Assembly (NCBI GenBank): GCA_963781585.1
Contig: CAWAGQ010000013.1
Span: 160,001 to 224,000 of the forward strand
Direction of reading: 5' to 3'
Source of the DNA: an uncultured Gemmatimonadaceae bacterium
Lineage (GTDB): Bacteria; Gemmatimonadota; Gemmatimonadetes; Gemmatimonadales; Gemmatimonadaceae
Length of the DNA: 64,000 nucleotides
Of this stretch, positions 1 to 9,355 are shown one piece after another. Within the stretch, counting starts at the first letter, position 1, and the number at the start of each line of letters is the position of its first letter. Position numbers and translations under genes: made by a program. The notes under the pieces are model-generated. The model did not search any database, had not been told where the DNA came from, and was given only the letters and a program-made list of their open reading frames with translations.

Positions 1-74
1 CTGGTGACCGTGAGGACGACGAATGCGCCGATCACCAGGAGTGATCCGGCGATCAGTCGTTGGGTAAGCGTCAA
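1..74 (-). CDS. N-terminus (partial) of a PhoR-like sensor histidine kinase
   Basis: TTG start at 74-72 overlaps the phoB stop (TTGA). Reads MTLTQRLIAGSLLVIGAFVVLTVT, a TM segment, and runs off the window edge. Confidence 0.6.
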   Translation of the reverse strand, partial: MTLTQRLIAGSLLVIGAFVVLTVT

Positions 75-793
75 GCGCTACGCGGCTGGGCGGCTCGCAG
101 GCGGTATCCGAATCCGCGGACGGTCTCGATCAGCTCTCCCGCCGCCCCAAGTTTACTGCGCAAGCGCTGCACGTGCATGTCGACGGTGCGGGTCTGGATG
201 TCGGGCGCGGCGTCCCACACGGTCTCGAGCAGGTGGCTCCGGCCCTGCACGCGTCCCCGCCGTTCGGCGAGGGTGAGGAGCAGGCGGTACTCGGTGGGGG
301 TGAGATCGAGGTCACGGCCATCAACCGTGACCCGGTGGGCCGCCCGATCGACCACGATCGGCCCGATACGGATCCGGTCCGCGAGCCCCTGCTGTCCCTG
401 CACCAGACGCCGCAGAATCGCCCCCACCCGGAGGACGAGTTCCTGGGGACTGAAAGGCTTCGTGAGATAGTCGTCGGCGCCGAGTGACAACCCCTTGATG
501 CGATCCGGCTCATCGCGTCGCGCGGTGAGCAGCAGGACGGCGATGTCGCGGGTGGTCTCGTCGCGGCGCAGCTCTTCGAGCACCTCGAGCCCCGACATCT
601 CGGGGAGCATCAGGTCGAGGACGATGAGCCCCGGATGATCCTGCTGGGCTACGCGGAGCGCGTCGCCACCATTGGTCGCCGTGGAGACGCGGTAGCCGGC
701 CTTGACCAGGTGGTAGGCGACGAGAGCGACAATGTCCGGCTCGTCGTCGACGACGAGGATGCGATCGCCCGGCGGCGCATGATTCAGCGACAT
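71..793 (-). CDS. phoB: OmpR/PhoB-family response regulator, PhoB-like
   Basis: Receiver motifs VVDDE, LDLMLP, LLTAR, YLTKPF; wHTH motifs RTVDMHVQRLRSKL and IETVRGFGY. Confidence 0.8.
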   Translation of the reverse strand: MSLNHAPPGDRILVVDDEPDIVALVAYHLVKAGYRVSTATNGGDALRVAQQDHPGLIVLDLMLPEMSGLEVLEELRRDETTRDIAVLLLTARRDEPDRIKGLSLGADDYLTKPFSPQELVLRVGAILRRLVQGQQGLADRIRIGPIVVDRAAHRVTVDGRDLDLTPTEYRLLLTLAERRGRVQGRSHLLETVWDAAPDIQTRTVDMHVQRLRSKLGAAGELIETVRGFGYRLRAAQPRSA

Positions 794-1014
794 CCGGACT
801 CCAGCCGGCGATGGATCCTGTCCACGAGCATCTCGATCAGCGCCTCGGCGACCTTTGCGTGCGACGATGGACTTCGCCGATCCGATGCCACGCGCGAAGC
901 CAATGATGCGGGGCTAACTGGCTCGACGACCGCATCGCCGAGTCGGATTCACGATGCGCTCGCATCTGAGGAAATAGAAGCGACGTCGGTGTCACGGTTT
1001 TGTATCGCGTCTGG

Positions 1015-1152
1015 AGGCCGAAGGCCACAGGTCAAAGTCCATGGGCTAAAGGAAATAGGCCAAGAAAAAAAGGCCAAAGGCCAAAGGTCAAAGGTCAAAG
1101 GCCAAAGGTCAAAGGCCAAAGGTCAAAGGCCAAAGGTCAAAGGCCAAAGCCC
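1015..1152. repeat. Heptamer tandem array (AAAGGYC)n
   Basis: 11 perfect AAAGGCC/AAAGGTC units at 1069-1145, with degenerate units on both sides. Confidence 0.95.
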
Positions 1153-1312
1153 CAAGACCGGGCAAACGGCGTCGTGCGCGATCCGCCGAGGCAATCCGAA
1201 CTCGTTGCCGCCGGCCGTGCGACGCGGACCTCTCGCCTCCCTGCGGGAGGGGGGTGCGGCTACCTTCCTCGCATGCTCCAGGAACCATCGCCGCTCCGCA
1301 CCCGCAGCGCGC

Positions 1313-1546
1313 ATGTCTGAGTCCATCCGCGTCTACATCAATGCGCGGGGGGTGGATGTGCCGGCCGGGTCCCTCGCGCTGGACGCCGTGCGCGCCTTCG
1401 ACCCGGCGACCGCGGATCTGGTGGCCGCCCGGGATCGCGCCCTGACCGACAGCCGGGGGCTTCCGGTCGAGCCGGACGCGCAGATGTACACGGGCGCCAT
1501 TCTTCGAATCGTCTCCGGGCGGCACCACGCTCCCGGTGCGCCGTAG
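1313..1546 (+). CDS. Small beta-grasp-like (ThiS/2Fe-2S N-terminal-like) hypothetical protein, 77 aa
   Basis: MSESIRVYINARGVDVPAGSLALDAVRAF...GAILRIVSG; stop lies 3 nt before the add start. Confidence 0.7.
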   Translation: MSESIRVYINARGVDVPAGSLALDAVRAFDPATADLVAARDRALTDSRGLPVEPDAQMYTGAILRIVSGRHHAPGAP

Positions 1547-1549
1547 CGC

Positions 1550-2596
1550 ATGGGGCTCGCGGTCACCCGGGCCTTGCTGGAGCGGCTTCCGAAAGCCGAA
1601 CTCCACTGCCACCTCGACGGCTCGGTGCGCCCCGAGACCCTGCTGGACCTGGGCCGCGAGTATGACGTCGCGATGCCACGCGACGACGCCGAGGCGCTCC
1701 GCAACTATATGGTTGTGCGGGACGCCCGGAGCCTGGAGGACTACCTTCAGCGCTTCGACACCACGCTGTCGGTGATGCAGACCGAGGACGCGCTCGAGCG
1801 GATCGCGTTCGAGCTCGGGGAGGATTGTGCGAGCGAGGGAGTGCGCTATCTGGAGACGCGGTTCGATCCCGTGCTCAGCACCCGCCGCGGACTGTCGGTC
1901 GGCGCGACGATTGAGGCGGTCGTGCGCGGGTTGGAGCGTGCCGGGCAGCGGTATCGCCTCGTTGGGCGGCTGATCGTGACGACGCTGCGCACCCATCCGG
2001 CCACCGAGTCGCTGGAAGTGGCCCGGATGGCAGTGTCCTACAAGGGACGCGGGGTGGTGGGCTTCGATCTGGCCGGTGCGGAGCGCGGACACCCGGCGTC
2101 GGCGCACGCCGAGGCATTTCATTTCGCGCGGGCGCACGACCTCGCCTGCACGTGCCACGCGGGAGAGGGCGATGGCGCGGGGTCGATCCGCCAGGCGGTG
2201 CACGAGTGCTGCGCGGATCGCATCGGCCACGCCACGCGGCTGTTCGAGGACGAGTCGCTGGCGGAGTACGTGAACGACCGGCGGATTCCCCTGGAGATGT
2301 GCCTGACGAGCAACGTCCAGACGCGGGCCGCCGAGTCGTACCAAGCGCATCCGGCGCGGACGTATTTCGATCGCGGGATGAACGTGGTGTTGGGGACCGA
2401 CAACCGGCTGATGAGCGGGACGTCGCTGACCGACGAGTACGAGCATGCCGCACACCGCCTGGGCTTCACGTTCGACGAGCTGGCTCGCATCGCCCTGAAC
2501 GGGTTCGAGAGCGCGTTTCTGCCGTGGCCGGAGCGGGTGTCGCTCATCGAAGCAGCGCGCGCGGACATCGCGCGCCTGACGGGAGCGGCCGCGTGA
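1550..2596 (+). CDS. add: Adenosine deaminase
   Basis: LPKAELHCHLDGS, HAGE, RIGHA, GTDN motifs. Confidence 0.93.
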   Translation: MGLAVTRALLERLPKAELHCHLDGSVRPETLLDLGREYDVAMPRDDAEALRNYMVVRDARSLEDYLQRFDTTLSVMQTEDALERIAFELGEDCASEGVRYLETRFDPVLSTRRGLSVGATIEAVVRGLERAGQRYRLVGRLIVTTLRTHPATESLEVARMAVSYKGRGVVGFDLAGAERGHPASAHAEAFHFARAHDLACTCHAGEGDGAGSIRQAVHECCADRIGHATRLFEDESLAEYVNDRRIPLEMCLTSNVQTRAAESYQAHPARTYFDRGMNVVLGTDNRLMSGTSLTDEYEHAAHRLGFTFDELARIALNGFESAFLPWPERVSLIEAARADIARLTGAAA

Positions 2597-2795
2597 AGCG
2601 GTCCCGCTTCTCCAGCATCAGCGTAACTACGGTCGTGCCAGTGCGCGTTTCTGCGGTGCTCGGCGCGGAGCGGTACCTGTTCGGCTGGCGGCGAACTCAA
2701 CACGGGACCATGACCGCGCGGGGTCGCGCGGCCATCTGGGCGCGCGGAGGAATGTCCGACGCCGAGTGGCCGCTTTGACGGAGCGGATCTCGTGA
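2593..2795 (+). other. Possible small translationally coupled ORF, apparently frameshifted
   Basis: GTGA overlap with the add stop at 2593 and a TGA overlapping the punA GTG at 2793-2795; the 203-nt span is not a multiple of 3. Confidence 0.3.
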
Positions 2796-3655
2796 GTGAG
2801 GCGTCGGTGGCCGTGGACGCGAGCGTTGTGGCCGGCGCGCTGCGCGAGCGACTCGATGTGCGCGCGCCGGCCATCGCGATCGTCCTCGGCTCGGGGCTGG
2901 GAGGACTGGCGAAGCGGGTGGGTCGCGCCCGCTCGGTGCGGTATGCCGACATCCCGGGCTTCGCGGCGCCGGCCGTGGAGGGTCATGCCGGGCTGCTGAT
3001 GGCCGGGGAGCTCGCGGGGCGCGAGGCGCTGGTGCTGGCCGGCCGCTTTCACTTGTACGAGGGACATCCCCCAGCCGCCGCCGGATTCCCGGTCCGGGTG
3101 GCCTCCGCGTTAGGCGCGCGGGTGCTGCTGCTGTCGAACGCGGCCGGAGGAATCCGGCGCACCTTCCGGACCGGCGACCTGATGGTCATCAACGACCACA
3201 TCAATCTGATGTGGCGGAATCCGCTCACCGGTCCGGTCGTGGCCGGGGATGAGCGGTTCCCGGACATGTCGTGTCCGTACGATCCCGCGCTGCGCGCGCT
3301 GCTCCACGAATCCGCCGCTTTCCTCGGCGAGGCATTGCAGGAGGGCGTCTACGCGGGGCTGCTGGGGCCGTCGTACGAAACGCCGGCCGAAATCCGGATG
3401 CTCGAGCGCCTGGGGGCCGACGCGGTGGGCATGTCCACCGTGCCCGAGGTGCTGGTGGCGCGCGCGCTCGGGCTGCGCGTGGCGGGGGTGAGCTGCATAA
3501 CGAATCCGGCCGCTGGCTTGTCGGCCGGGAAGGTCGATCACGCCGATGTGCTCGAACGCTCGGCCGCGGCGGCCGAGCGCTTCGAGCGCATCGTCATCGA
3601 ATTCGTGCGGCGGGTGGAAGAGGGCGACGGCGACGGCGGTGAGGAGACACCGTGA
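2792..3655 (+). CDS. punA: Purine nucleoside phosphorylase (trimeric type)
   Basis: IVLGSGLG, GRFHLYEG, NAAGG, GPSYETPAE, VGMSTVPE, ITN motifs. Confidence 0.93.
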   Translation: MSEASVAVDASVVAGALRERLDVRAPAIAIVLGSGLGGLAKRVGRARSVRYADIPGFAAPAVEGHAGLLMAGELAGREALVLAGRFHLYEGHPPAAAGFPVRVASALGARVLLLSNAAGGIRRTFRTGDLMVINDHINLMWRNPLTGPVVAGDERFPDMSCPYDPALRALLHESAAFLGEALQEGVYAGLLGPSYETPAEIRMLERLGADAVGMSTVPEVLVARALGLRVAGVSCITNPAAGLSAGKVDHADVLERSAAAAERFERIVIEFVRRVEEGDGDGGEETP

Positions 3656-3697
3656 TTCCGGGGATGATCTCGCGACCGTCGCCGCCGATCAGCGTCA

Positions 3698-4303
3698 CTA
3701 CCAGGACAATCCCACGCTCATCGGGAAGAACTGGAAGTGCGTGTTGCCCACGCTCACCGCGTGATAACGCGACTCGACAAACAGATTCGCTCCGCCCATC
3801 CGGAAACGAAGGCCTCCGCCGGCGTTGAACCCGAGCTTGGTGTCGCTGCTGCTCACGGTGATATCCTGGTCGGTGATGGACGGCTCTACGCGATACACGG
3901 CGGGTCCCGCCAGCAGGTACCAGCCGATACCGCGTCCCTGCGGCGCGACTTCAAGGACGCCGTCCGCGCCAAAGGAGAGCATGCCGTAGTGGCCCGTCGT
4001 GCCAACGGATCCGCCTTCGTCCACCAGGAACCGGTCGGTGAAGTCGTTCCTGTACTGCACTTCACCGCGAAGTCCGAAAACCTGGTCGGGCTGCCGGTAC
4101 TGCACGTACCCGCCGAGGTTCCACCCGGTCTTCGTGACATCGCCGAGGTCACCGCTGGGCACGGTGAGGCCACCCTGGATGCCGACGGAGACCGGCTTGC
4201 CGGCTGGTGGAGCAGCGAATTGGGCCACCGCCACGCGGGGCGCCAGACCAGCCGCGGCCGCGAGGACGACGAGCGAAGCACTGCCAAGAAGAGAACGCTG
4301 CAT
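3698..4303 (-). CDS. Outer-membrane beta-barrel protein (8-stranded, OmpA-like TM domain)
   Basis: Signal peptide, alternating beta-strand pattern, GFNAGGGLRF, C-terminal aromatic (GLSW). Confidence 0.75.
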   Translation of the reverse strand: MQRSLLGSASLVVLAAAAGLAPRVAVAQFAAPPAGKPVSVGIQGGLTVPSGDLGDVTKTGWNLGGYVQYRQPDQVFGLRGEVQYRNDFTDRFLVDEGGSVGTTGHYGMLSFGADGVLEVAPQGRGIGWYLLAGPAVYRVEPSITDQDITVSSSDTKLGFNAGGGLRFRMGGANLFVESRYHAVSVGNTHFQFFPMSVGLSW

Positions 4304-4364
4304 ATTGAACCTCTGGATTCTCCGATGGAGGAAACGGGCGGCGCGCCTGCCGATACCCGGCGAG

Positions 4365-5168
4365 TCAGCGCCGGCCGCGTGAGGTGGTTACCGGCAGCGA
4401 CATCAGCCGGTCGCGAAACGCCCGGTAGGCGGGGGTATCCGTGGTGAGGGTGCGCAGCACGGACGGGCTGATCTGGTCGATCTCCGCCTGCACGGCGGCG
4501 ATGCGGTCCTCTTCCAGCGGGTGGGTGGCGAACCACGCGTCCACCCCGGCCGGCCGGGACTTTCGCTCGTCGAGGAGCGTCTGAAACATCTGCGTCATGC
4601 CGCGCGGATCGATGCCGGCGCGAGTGACATACTGCACGCCGACGTGATCCGCCTGCGCTTCGTCATCGCGGCTGAACTTGGCGAACAGCGCGGTGCCGCC
4701 GACCTGAATCGCGGCGCCGGCCGCCTGACTCTGGCAAACACGCGTCAGCACGCAGGCGAGCGTGACTCCCACGTTGGCGCCCTGCGCCTGCTGCATCTGC
4801 TTCACCGAATGGCGCAGCACCACGTGCCCGATCTCGTGTCCGAGCACCCCCGCCAGTTCGTCCATGCTGGTGGCACGCTCGATCAGCCCGCGGTTCACGT
4901 AGACGTAGCCGCCCGGGACCGCGAATGCGTTGACCTCCTTGCTGTCCACGACAAAAAAGTGCCAGCTGAGTCCCCGCTGATCGGCCACATGTGCAATGGA
5001 GTCGCCGAGCAGGTTGATGTAGCGGTTTACCTCGGCGTCACGGACGATGGGCAGCTGCGCGTTGATCTGCTGGGAGTACTGCTGTCCCATCTGCACCTCT
5101 TGCTGGGTGGAGACGGCGCAGGCGCCCAGAGAGAGGGAGAGGGCGACGACGCCCGGCACGCGCTTCAT
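4365..5168 (-). CDS. M48-family zinc metalloprotease lipoprotein (BepA/LoiP-like)
   Basis: Lipobox LSLGAC, VNAFAVPGG, HEIGH, FSRDDEAQAD, THP. Confidence 0.88.
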   Translation of the reverse strand: MKRVPGVVALSLSLGACAVSTQQEVQMGQQYSQQINAQLPIVRDAEVNRYINLLGDSIAHVADQRGLSWHFFVVDSKEVNAFAVPGGYVYVNRGLIERATSMDELAGVLGHEIGHVVLRHSVKQMQQAQGANVGVTLACVLTRVCQSQAAGAAIQVGGTALFAKFSRDDEAQADHVGVQYVTRAGIDPRGMTQMFQTLLDERKSRPAGVDAWFATHPLEEDRIAAVQAEIDQISPSVLRTLTTDTPAYRAFRDRLMSLPVTTSRGRR

Positions 5169-5298
5169 ATTTCTGGCCAATGCAATGTGCCCGCGGGGCT
5201 TCGAACAGCCGCACCATGAATCGGACGCGGCGAACGACTCGGGGAGAGGATGCCCCGGAGTGCGGACGCCGGCACTCCGGTTCGTATCGAGCACCCTC

Positions 5299-6054
5299 AT
5301 GCGCGTCCTGACGCTCGCGCGTGACCTGCGGCGTCGCAAAGCGCGCGCGCGCGACGCGCTGTTTGTGGCGGAAGGGATTCGCTGCATCGAAGAACTCCTG
5401 CGATCCCCGCTGGACGTGGTTGGCATTCTGGCCGCACCGAAGCTGGCGGAGTCGTCGCGCGGGGCCGCGTTGCTGGAATCGATGAAGTCACAGGGACGGC
5501 TTGTGACCGAGGTGGACGAGAAGGACTTTCGCAGTGCTGCGGAAACGGAGTCGCCGCAAGGGGTGCTCGCCATTGTTCGTGTGCCCGACCGTTCGCTGAG
5601 CGCGCTGGCCGATCTGTCGCCGCTCCGGATGCTCGTCCTCGATGCCGTGCAGGATCCCGGGAATGTCGGGACACTGATTCGCTCGGCCGCGGCCCTTGGT
5701 GCGCACGCGACTGTCGCCCTGCCGGGCACCGTTGACGTCTGGAACGCGAAGGTCGTCCGTAGCGCAATGGGAGCGCACTTCCATCACCTCGCTCTGCATA
5801 CTACCTGGGCCGACCTGGGGGCGTTCCTCGCGGGCACGGGGACGGCGCTCTGGGCCGCTGATCCGCACGGGGAGCCGCTGCCGGCCAGCGCGCCGCCGCG
5901 GCTGGCGATTGCCGTGGGGAACGAGGGGGCCGGGCTCAGCGGCGAGGTGCGCAGCGCGGCGGCGCTCGAGGTTGCCCTTCCACTTGCGGCGGGCGCAGAG
6001 TCGCTCAACGTCGCGGTCGCGGCCGGGATTCTCCTGTACGAGCTGCGGCCGTGA
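5299..6054 (+). CDS. TrmH/SpoU-family RNA methyltransferase
   Basis: LDAVQDPGNVGTLIRSA, VGNEGAG, ESLNVAVAAGILLY. Confidence 0.9.
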   Translation: MRVLTLARDLRRRKARARDALFVAEGIRCIEELLRSPLDVVGILAAPKLAESSRGAALLESMKSQGRLVTEVDEKDFRSAAETESPQGVLAIVRVPDRSLSALADLSPLRMLVLDAVQDPGNVGTLIRSAAALGAHATVALPGTVDVWNAKVVRSAMGAHFHHLALHTTWADLGAFLAGTGTALWAADPHGEPLPASAPPRLAIAVGNEGAGLSGEVRSAAALEVALPLAAGAESLNVAVAAGILLYELRP

Positions 6055-6911
6055 TCGACGCCTTCTCGGGCACGTTTTTCTTTCTCATCGGCGCCGCGGT
6101 CGGGTCGTTCCTGAACGTGTGCATCGCGCGGTGGCCCCACGAGCTGTCGGTGGTCAAGCCGCGGTCGCGGTGCCCCACCTGCGGCCAGCCGATTGCCTGG
6201 TACGACAACGTGCCGCTGGTGAGCTGGCTGGTGCTTCGCGGGCGCTGCCGGCACTGCGGCAACCCGATCTCGGTGCTCTACCCGGCGGTGGAGCTATTGG
6301 TGGCGTTAGGCTGGCTGCTGGCGGCGTCGGCGTTCGGCCCGACCTTCACGGCGGTGCGGGTGGCCGTGTTCGGGACGCTGATGCTCGGCATCGCGGTCAC
6401 CGACGCGCGGCATTACCTGATCCCCGACGGCTTCACGGTCTTCGGATTGATCTGGGTCCTCGGGACCGCGCTGGCGGCGGGTGCACGCGGCGACCTATCG
6501 CCGTTCGCGGGGCCGTACGACGCGCTGATCGGCGCCTGTGCGGGCGCCGGTGCCATCGCCATCGTCGGATGGCTGGGCGAAGTGGCGCTCAAGAAGGAAG
6601 CGATGGGCTTCGGCGACGTCACCCTGATGGCGGTGGCGGGCGGGGCACTGGGGCCGGGGCGCGCGCTCCTCGCCATCTTTCTGGGAGCGATGGCCGGTGC
6701 GGTCGGCTTTGCACTGGTGGTGTATCCGATCGTGAGATTCCGCCGTAGGGACGCAGGTGAACAGATGGAACTCGAGATGGACAATTCGCGCCGGCGCGCG
6801 CTTCCGCAGGTCCCGTTCGGCGTTTTCCTTGCGCCTGTCGCGATCATCGCGTTGGTTTGGGGCGAGCACCTCATTTCCTGGTATGTAGGACGGATGCTGG
6901 CGGCATCGTGA
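6051..6911 (+). CDS. pilD: Prepilin peptidase (A24, with N-terminal Cys domain)
   Basis: GSFLNV, CPTC...CRHC, TDARHYLIPD, MGFGD, PFGVFLA. Confidence 0.9.
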   Translation: MIDAFSGTFFFLIGAAVGSFLNVCIARWPHELSVVKPRSRCPTCGQPIAWYDNVPLVSWLVLRGRCRHCGNPISVLYPAVELLVALGWLLAASAFGPTFTAVRVAVFGTLMLGIAVTDARHYLIPDGFTVFGLIWVLGTALAAGARGDLSPFAGPYDALIGACAGAGAIAIVGWLGEVALKKEAMGFGDVTLMAVAGGALGPGRALLAIFLGAMAGAVGFALVVYPIVRFRRRDAGEQMELEMDNSRRRALPQVPFGVFLAPVAIIALVWGEHLISWYVGRMLAAS

Positions 6912-8107
6912 CGGACGAGATTGAGCCCACCTCGCTCCCCCGCAACGGAGCGCTCGCGCGATTCGCGCGCGATCTCACGGCCGAAGCCCGCGAGGGACGG
7001 CTGGAGCCCGTGCGCTGCCGCGCCCCGGAGATCGCCCGACTGATCGACATTCTCCTGCGCCAGGGCAAGAACAATCCGGCGCTGGTAGGACCGGCCGGCG
7101 TCGGCAAGACGGCGATCGCGGAAGGACTGGCGATGCGCCTCGTTGAGGGCGACGTCCCGCTGGCGTTGCGCTCGGCGCGACTGATGGCGGTGGACCACGT
7201 GGCCCTGCTGGCGGGCACGACCTACCGCGGCCAGTACGAGGAACGGATCCGGGTACTGGTCGAGGAGACGCGCTCGCATCCCGACGTCATCCTGTTCATC
7301 GACGAGCTGCACAACCTCATTGGACAGGGAACGGCGTTAGGCGTGGCGATGGACGCGGCCAACATGCTGAAGCCGGCGCTGGTCCGCGGCGACTTCCGGG
7401 TGATCGGCGCCACCACCGACGAGGAATACGACCGCTGGATCCGCACCGATCCGGCGCTGGAACGCCGGTTTCAGCGGCTGCAGGTGACCGAGCTGTCGTC
7501 CGAGGAGACGCTCAAGATCCTGCGCGCCCGCCGCGAACGGCTGGAACGCCACCACAACGTGGTCATCTCCGACGACGCGCTGCGCGCCGCGGTCGCCCTC
7601 ACCGACCAATACCAGACCGATCGCCGCCGCCCCGACCGCGCCATCGACGCCCTGGATGAAGCCTGCGCACACACGCATGCACTGGCGCACTATTCGGATC
7701 GGGCGCAGCAGCTCATCCTGCGGCGGCGCCAGCTCCTGCGCTCGGCGCCGGCGGCGAGGGAGGCCGAACGCGAGTCCGCTCCCGAAGACGATCCCATCGA
7801 TCAGTTCGCGCGCGATGGCATTTCGGCGCTCCAGCGATTCGGCGCCGAGCTCGAGGCCATGTTCGTCGGTCCACCGATCGACGGCAATGGCGACGGGCCC
7901 GAGCGCACCAACGTGCCGCGCGTGGCCGTGCCCGAGGCACCCGCGCCTCAGCCGGAACCGGCGGTGGACCTGCCCACCACTCTCCCGGCCGCGGAGCGCG
8001 CGCTCACCGACCTGCTGCACGCGGAGAGCGTGGTGGTGCGCGGCGTGGACGTGGCACGCGTAGTGGCGGTGTCGACGGGGCGCGAGGTGACATGGGCCGC
8101 CGCGTAG
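6908..8107 (+). CDS. ClpA/ClpB-related AAA+ ATPase containing only NBD1
   Basis: KNNPALVGPAGVGKT, GTTYRGQYEER, ILFIDELH, GATT, ERRF, PDRAIDALDEAC; ends at the VARVVAVSTG helix. GTG start overlaps the pilD stop. Confidence 0.85.
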   Translation: MTDEIEPTSLPRNGALARFARDLTAEAREGRLEPVRCRAPEIARLIDILLRQGKNNPALVGPAGVGKTAIAEGLAMRLVEGDVPLALRSARLMAVDHVALLAGTTYRGQYEERIRVLVEETRSHPDVILFIDELHNLIGQGTALGVAMDAANMLKPALVRGDFRVIGATTDEEYDRWIRTDPALERRFQRLQVTELSSEETLKILRARRERLERHHNVVISDDALRAAVALTDQYQTDRRRPDRAIDALDEACAHTHALAHYSDRAQQLILRRRQLLRSAPAAREAERESAPEDDPIDQFARDGISALQRFGAELEAMFVGPPIDGNGDGPERTNVPRVAVPEAPAPQPEPAVDLPTTLPAAERALTDLLHAESVVVRGVDVARVVAVSTGREVTWAAA

Positions 8108-9354
8108 TCGCCGGTCTCATGGCGGCGAGCGCGCTGACCGCCTGCGCGCACGACAAGGGTGCGGCAGCGGCGGGGCCTTACGCCGACAAGGTGGCGGAGA
8201 TCGTCCCCAAGCTCGAGAAGGAGACCGGTCTCAGGTTCAAGACACCGCCAAAGCTCGAGATTCGCACTCACGACGAGGTGAAATCATTCCTGGAGCAGCG
8301 CTTCAACGACGAACTTCCCGCCGAGGAACTGTCGGGGTCAGAACGCGCGTACAAGCGGCTAGGCCTGCTCCCCGACTCGCTCGACCTCCGGGCGTTCATG
8401 CTCAAGCTGCTGGCCGAGCAGGTGATCGGGTACTACGACCCGAAGATGAAGGTGCTGTACGTGGTGCAGGGCGCGGGAGAGGAAAACGTCGTGCTCACCA
8501 TCTCGCACGAACTGGTGCACGCGCTGCAGGACCAGTACTTCAATCTCGATTCGGTCCAGAACAGCCACGACGACAACGACCGGACGTCGGCGGCGCAGGC
8601 GGTGATCGAGGGCCAGGCCACGCTCGATGGCATCGCGGCGATGATCGGAGGTCAGAACTTCGTCACGGCACTTCCCGGGGGCTGGGACCGCATCCGCCAG
8701 ATGATCCGCGAATCGCAGGGCTCGATGCCGGTGTACGCATCGGCGCCGCTGCTGCTGCAGGAGACGCTGATCTTTCCGTATCTGAGCGGTGCCGAATTCA
8801 TGCGCCGGTTCGAGGAGAAGGAACCGGGGAAGCAGCCGTTCGACCGGATGCCGGTGTCGACGGAGCAAGTCCTCCACGAGGACCGGTACTTCGGAGACGG
8901 GCGCGATGAACCGACCACCGTGACGCTCCCTGCGCCGAAGACCGGGAAGCTGGTCTATTCCAACGACCTCGGGGAGTTCGAGACCCGGCTGCTGCTGTTC
9001 CAGTATCTGCGCGACCAGCCGACGGCGGTGCGCGGCGCAGCGGGGTGGGATGGCGACCGGTATCAGCTCATCAGCGTGGGGCGCGACGAGGCTCTGGTGT
9101 GGCTCTCGGTGTGGGATACGTCCATCGACGCCGCCGAGTTCTTCAATGATCTGGATCTCGGCCTGCTCAAGCACTACGCGAGCGTCAAGCCGGAGACGTC
9201 GACCGAGACGCGCCATGCGTACGTTGTGGGCACGCGGACGATGTCGATCGAGATCAGCGAGATCCAGAAGCGCCCGGTGGTGGTGTTCACGGACGTGCCG
9301 CGCGGCATGTCGCCGTCGCTGCTCGACCTCGCGAAGGTCACGCTCAAGGAGTAG
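8092..9354 (+). CDS. Lipoprotein with HEXXH zincin-like motif (putative metallopeptidase)
   Basis: Lipobox LTAC, GYYDP, HELVHALQDQ, IEGQA, AAGWDGD. Confidence 0.75.
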   Translation: MGRRVVAGLMAASALTACAHDKGAAAAGPYADKVAEIVPKLEKETGLRFKTPPKLEIRTHDEVKSFLEQRFNDELPAEELSGSERAYKRLGLLPDSLDLRAFMLKLLAEQVIGYYDPKMKVLYVVQGAGEENVVLTISHELVHALQDQYFNLDSVQNSHDDNDRTSAAQAVIEGQATLDGIAAMIGGQNFVTALPGGWDRIRQMIRESQGSMPVYASAPLLLQETLIFPYLSGAEFMRRFEEKEPGKQPFDRMPVSTEQVLHEDRYFGDGRDEPTTVTLPAPKTGKLVYSNDLGEFETRLLLFQYLRDQPTAVRGAAGWDGDRYQLISVGRDEALVWLSVWDTSIDAAEFFNDLDLGLLKHYASVKPETSTETRHAYVVGTRTMSIEISEIQKRPVVVFTDVPRGMSPSLLDLAKVTLKE

Positions 9355-9355
9355 C

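Noticed and set aside
784..950. Minus-strand frame ...VAEALIEMLVDRIHRRLESGCR* ending over the phoB start
   Set aside because: Protein-like, but short, with no convincing start or RBS; cannot be supported.
1015..1152. Heptamer arrays and the 42-bp repeat at 60951 as CRISPR arrays
   Set aside because: No unique spacers between repeats and no cas genes.
635..1312. 5' part of ORF 635..1546 and ORF 1000..1320 with KGQRSK/PKVK repeats
   Set aside because: These are translations of the heptamer array and antisense phoB; only the part from ATG 1313 looks like a real gene.
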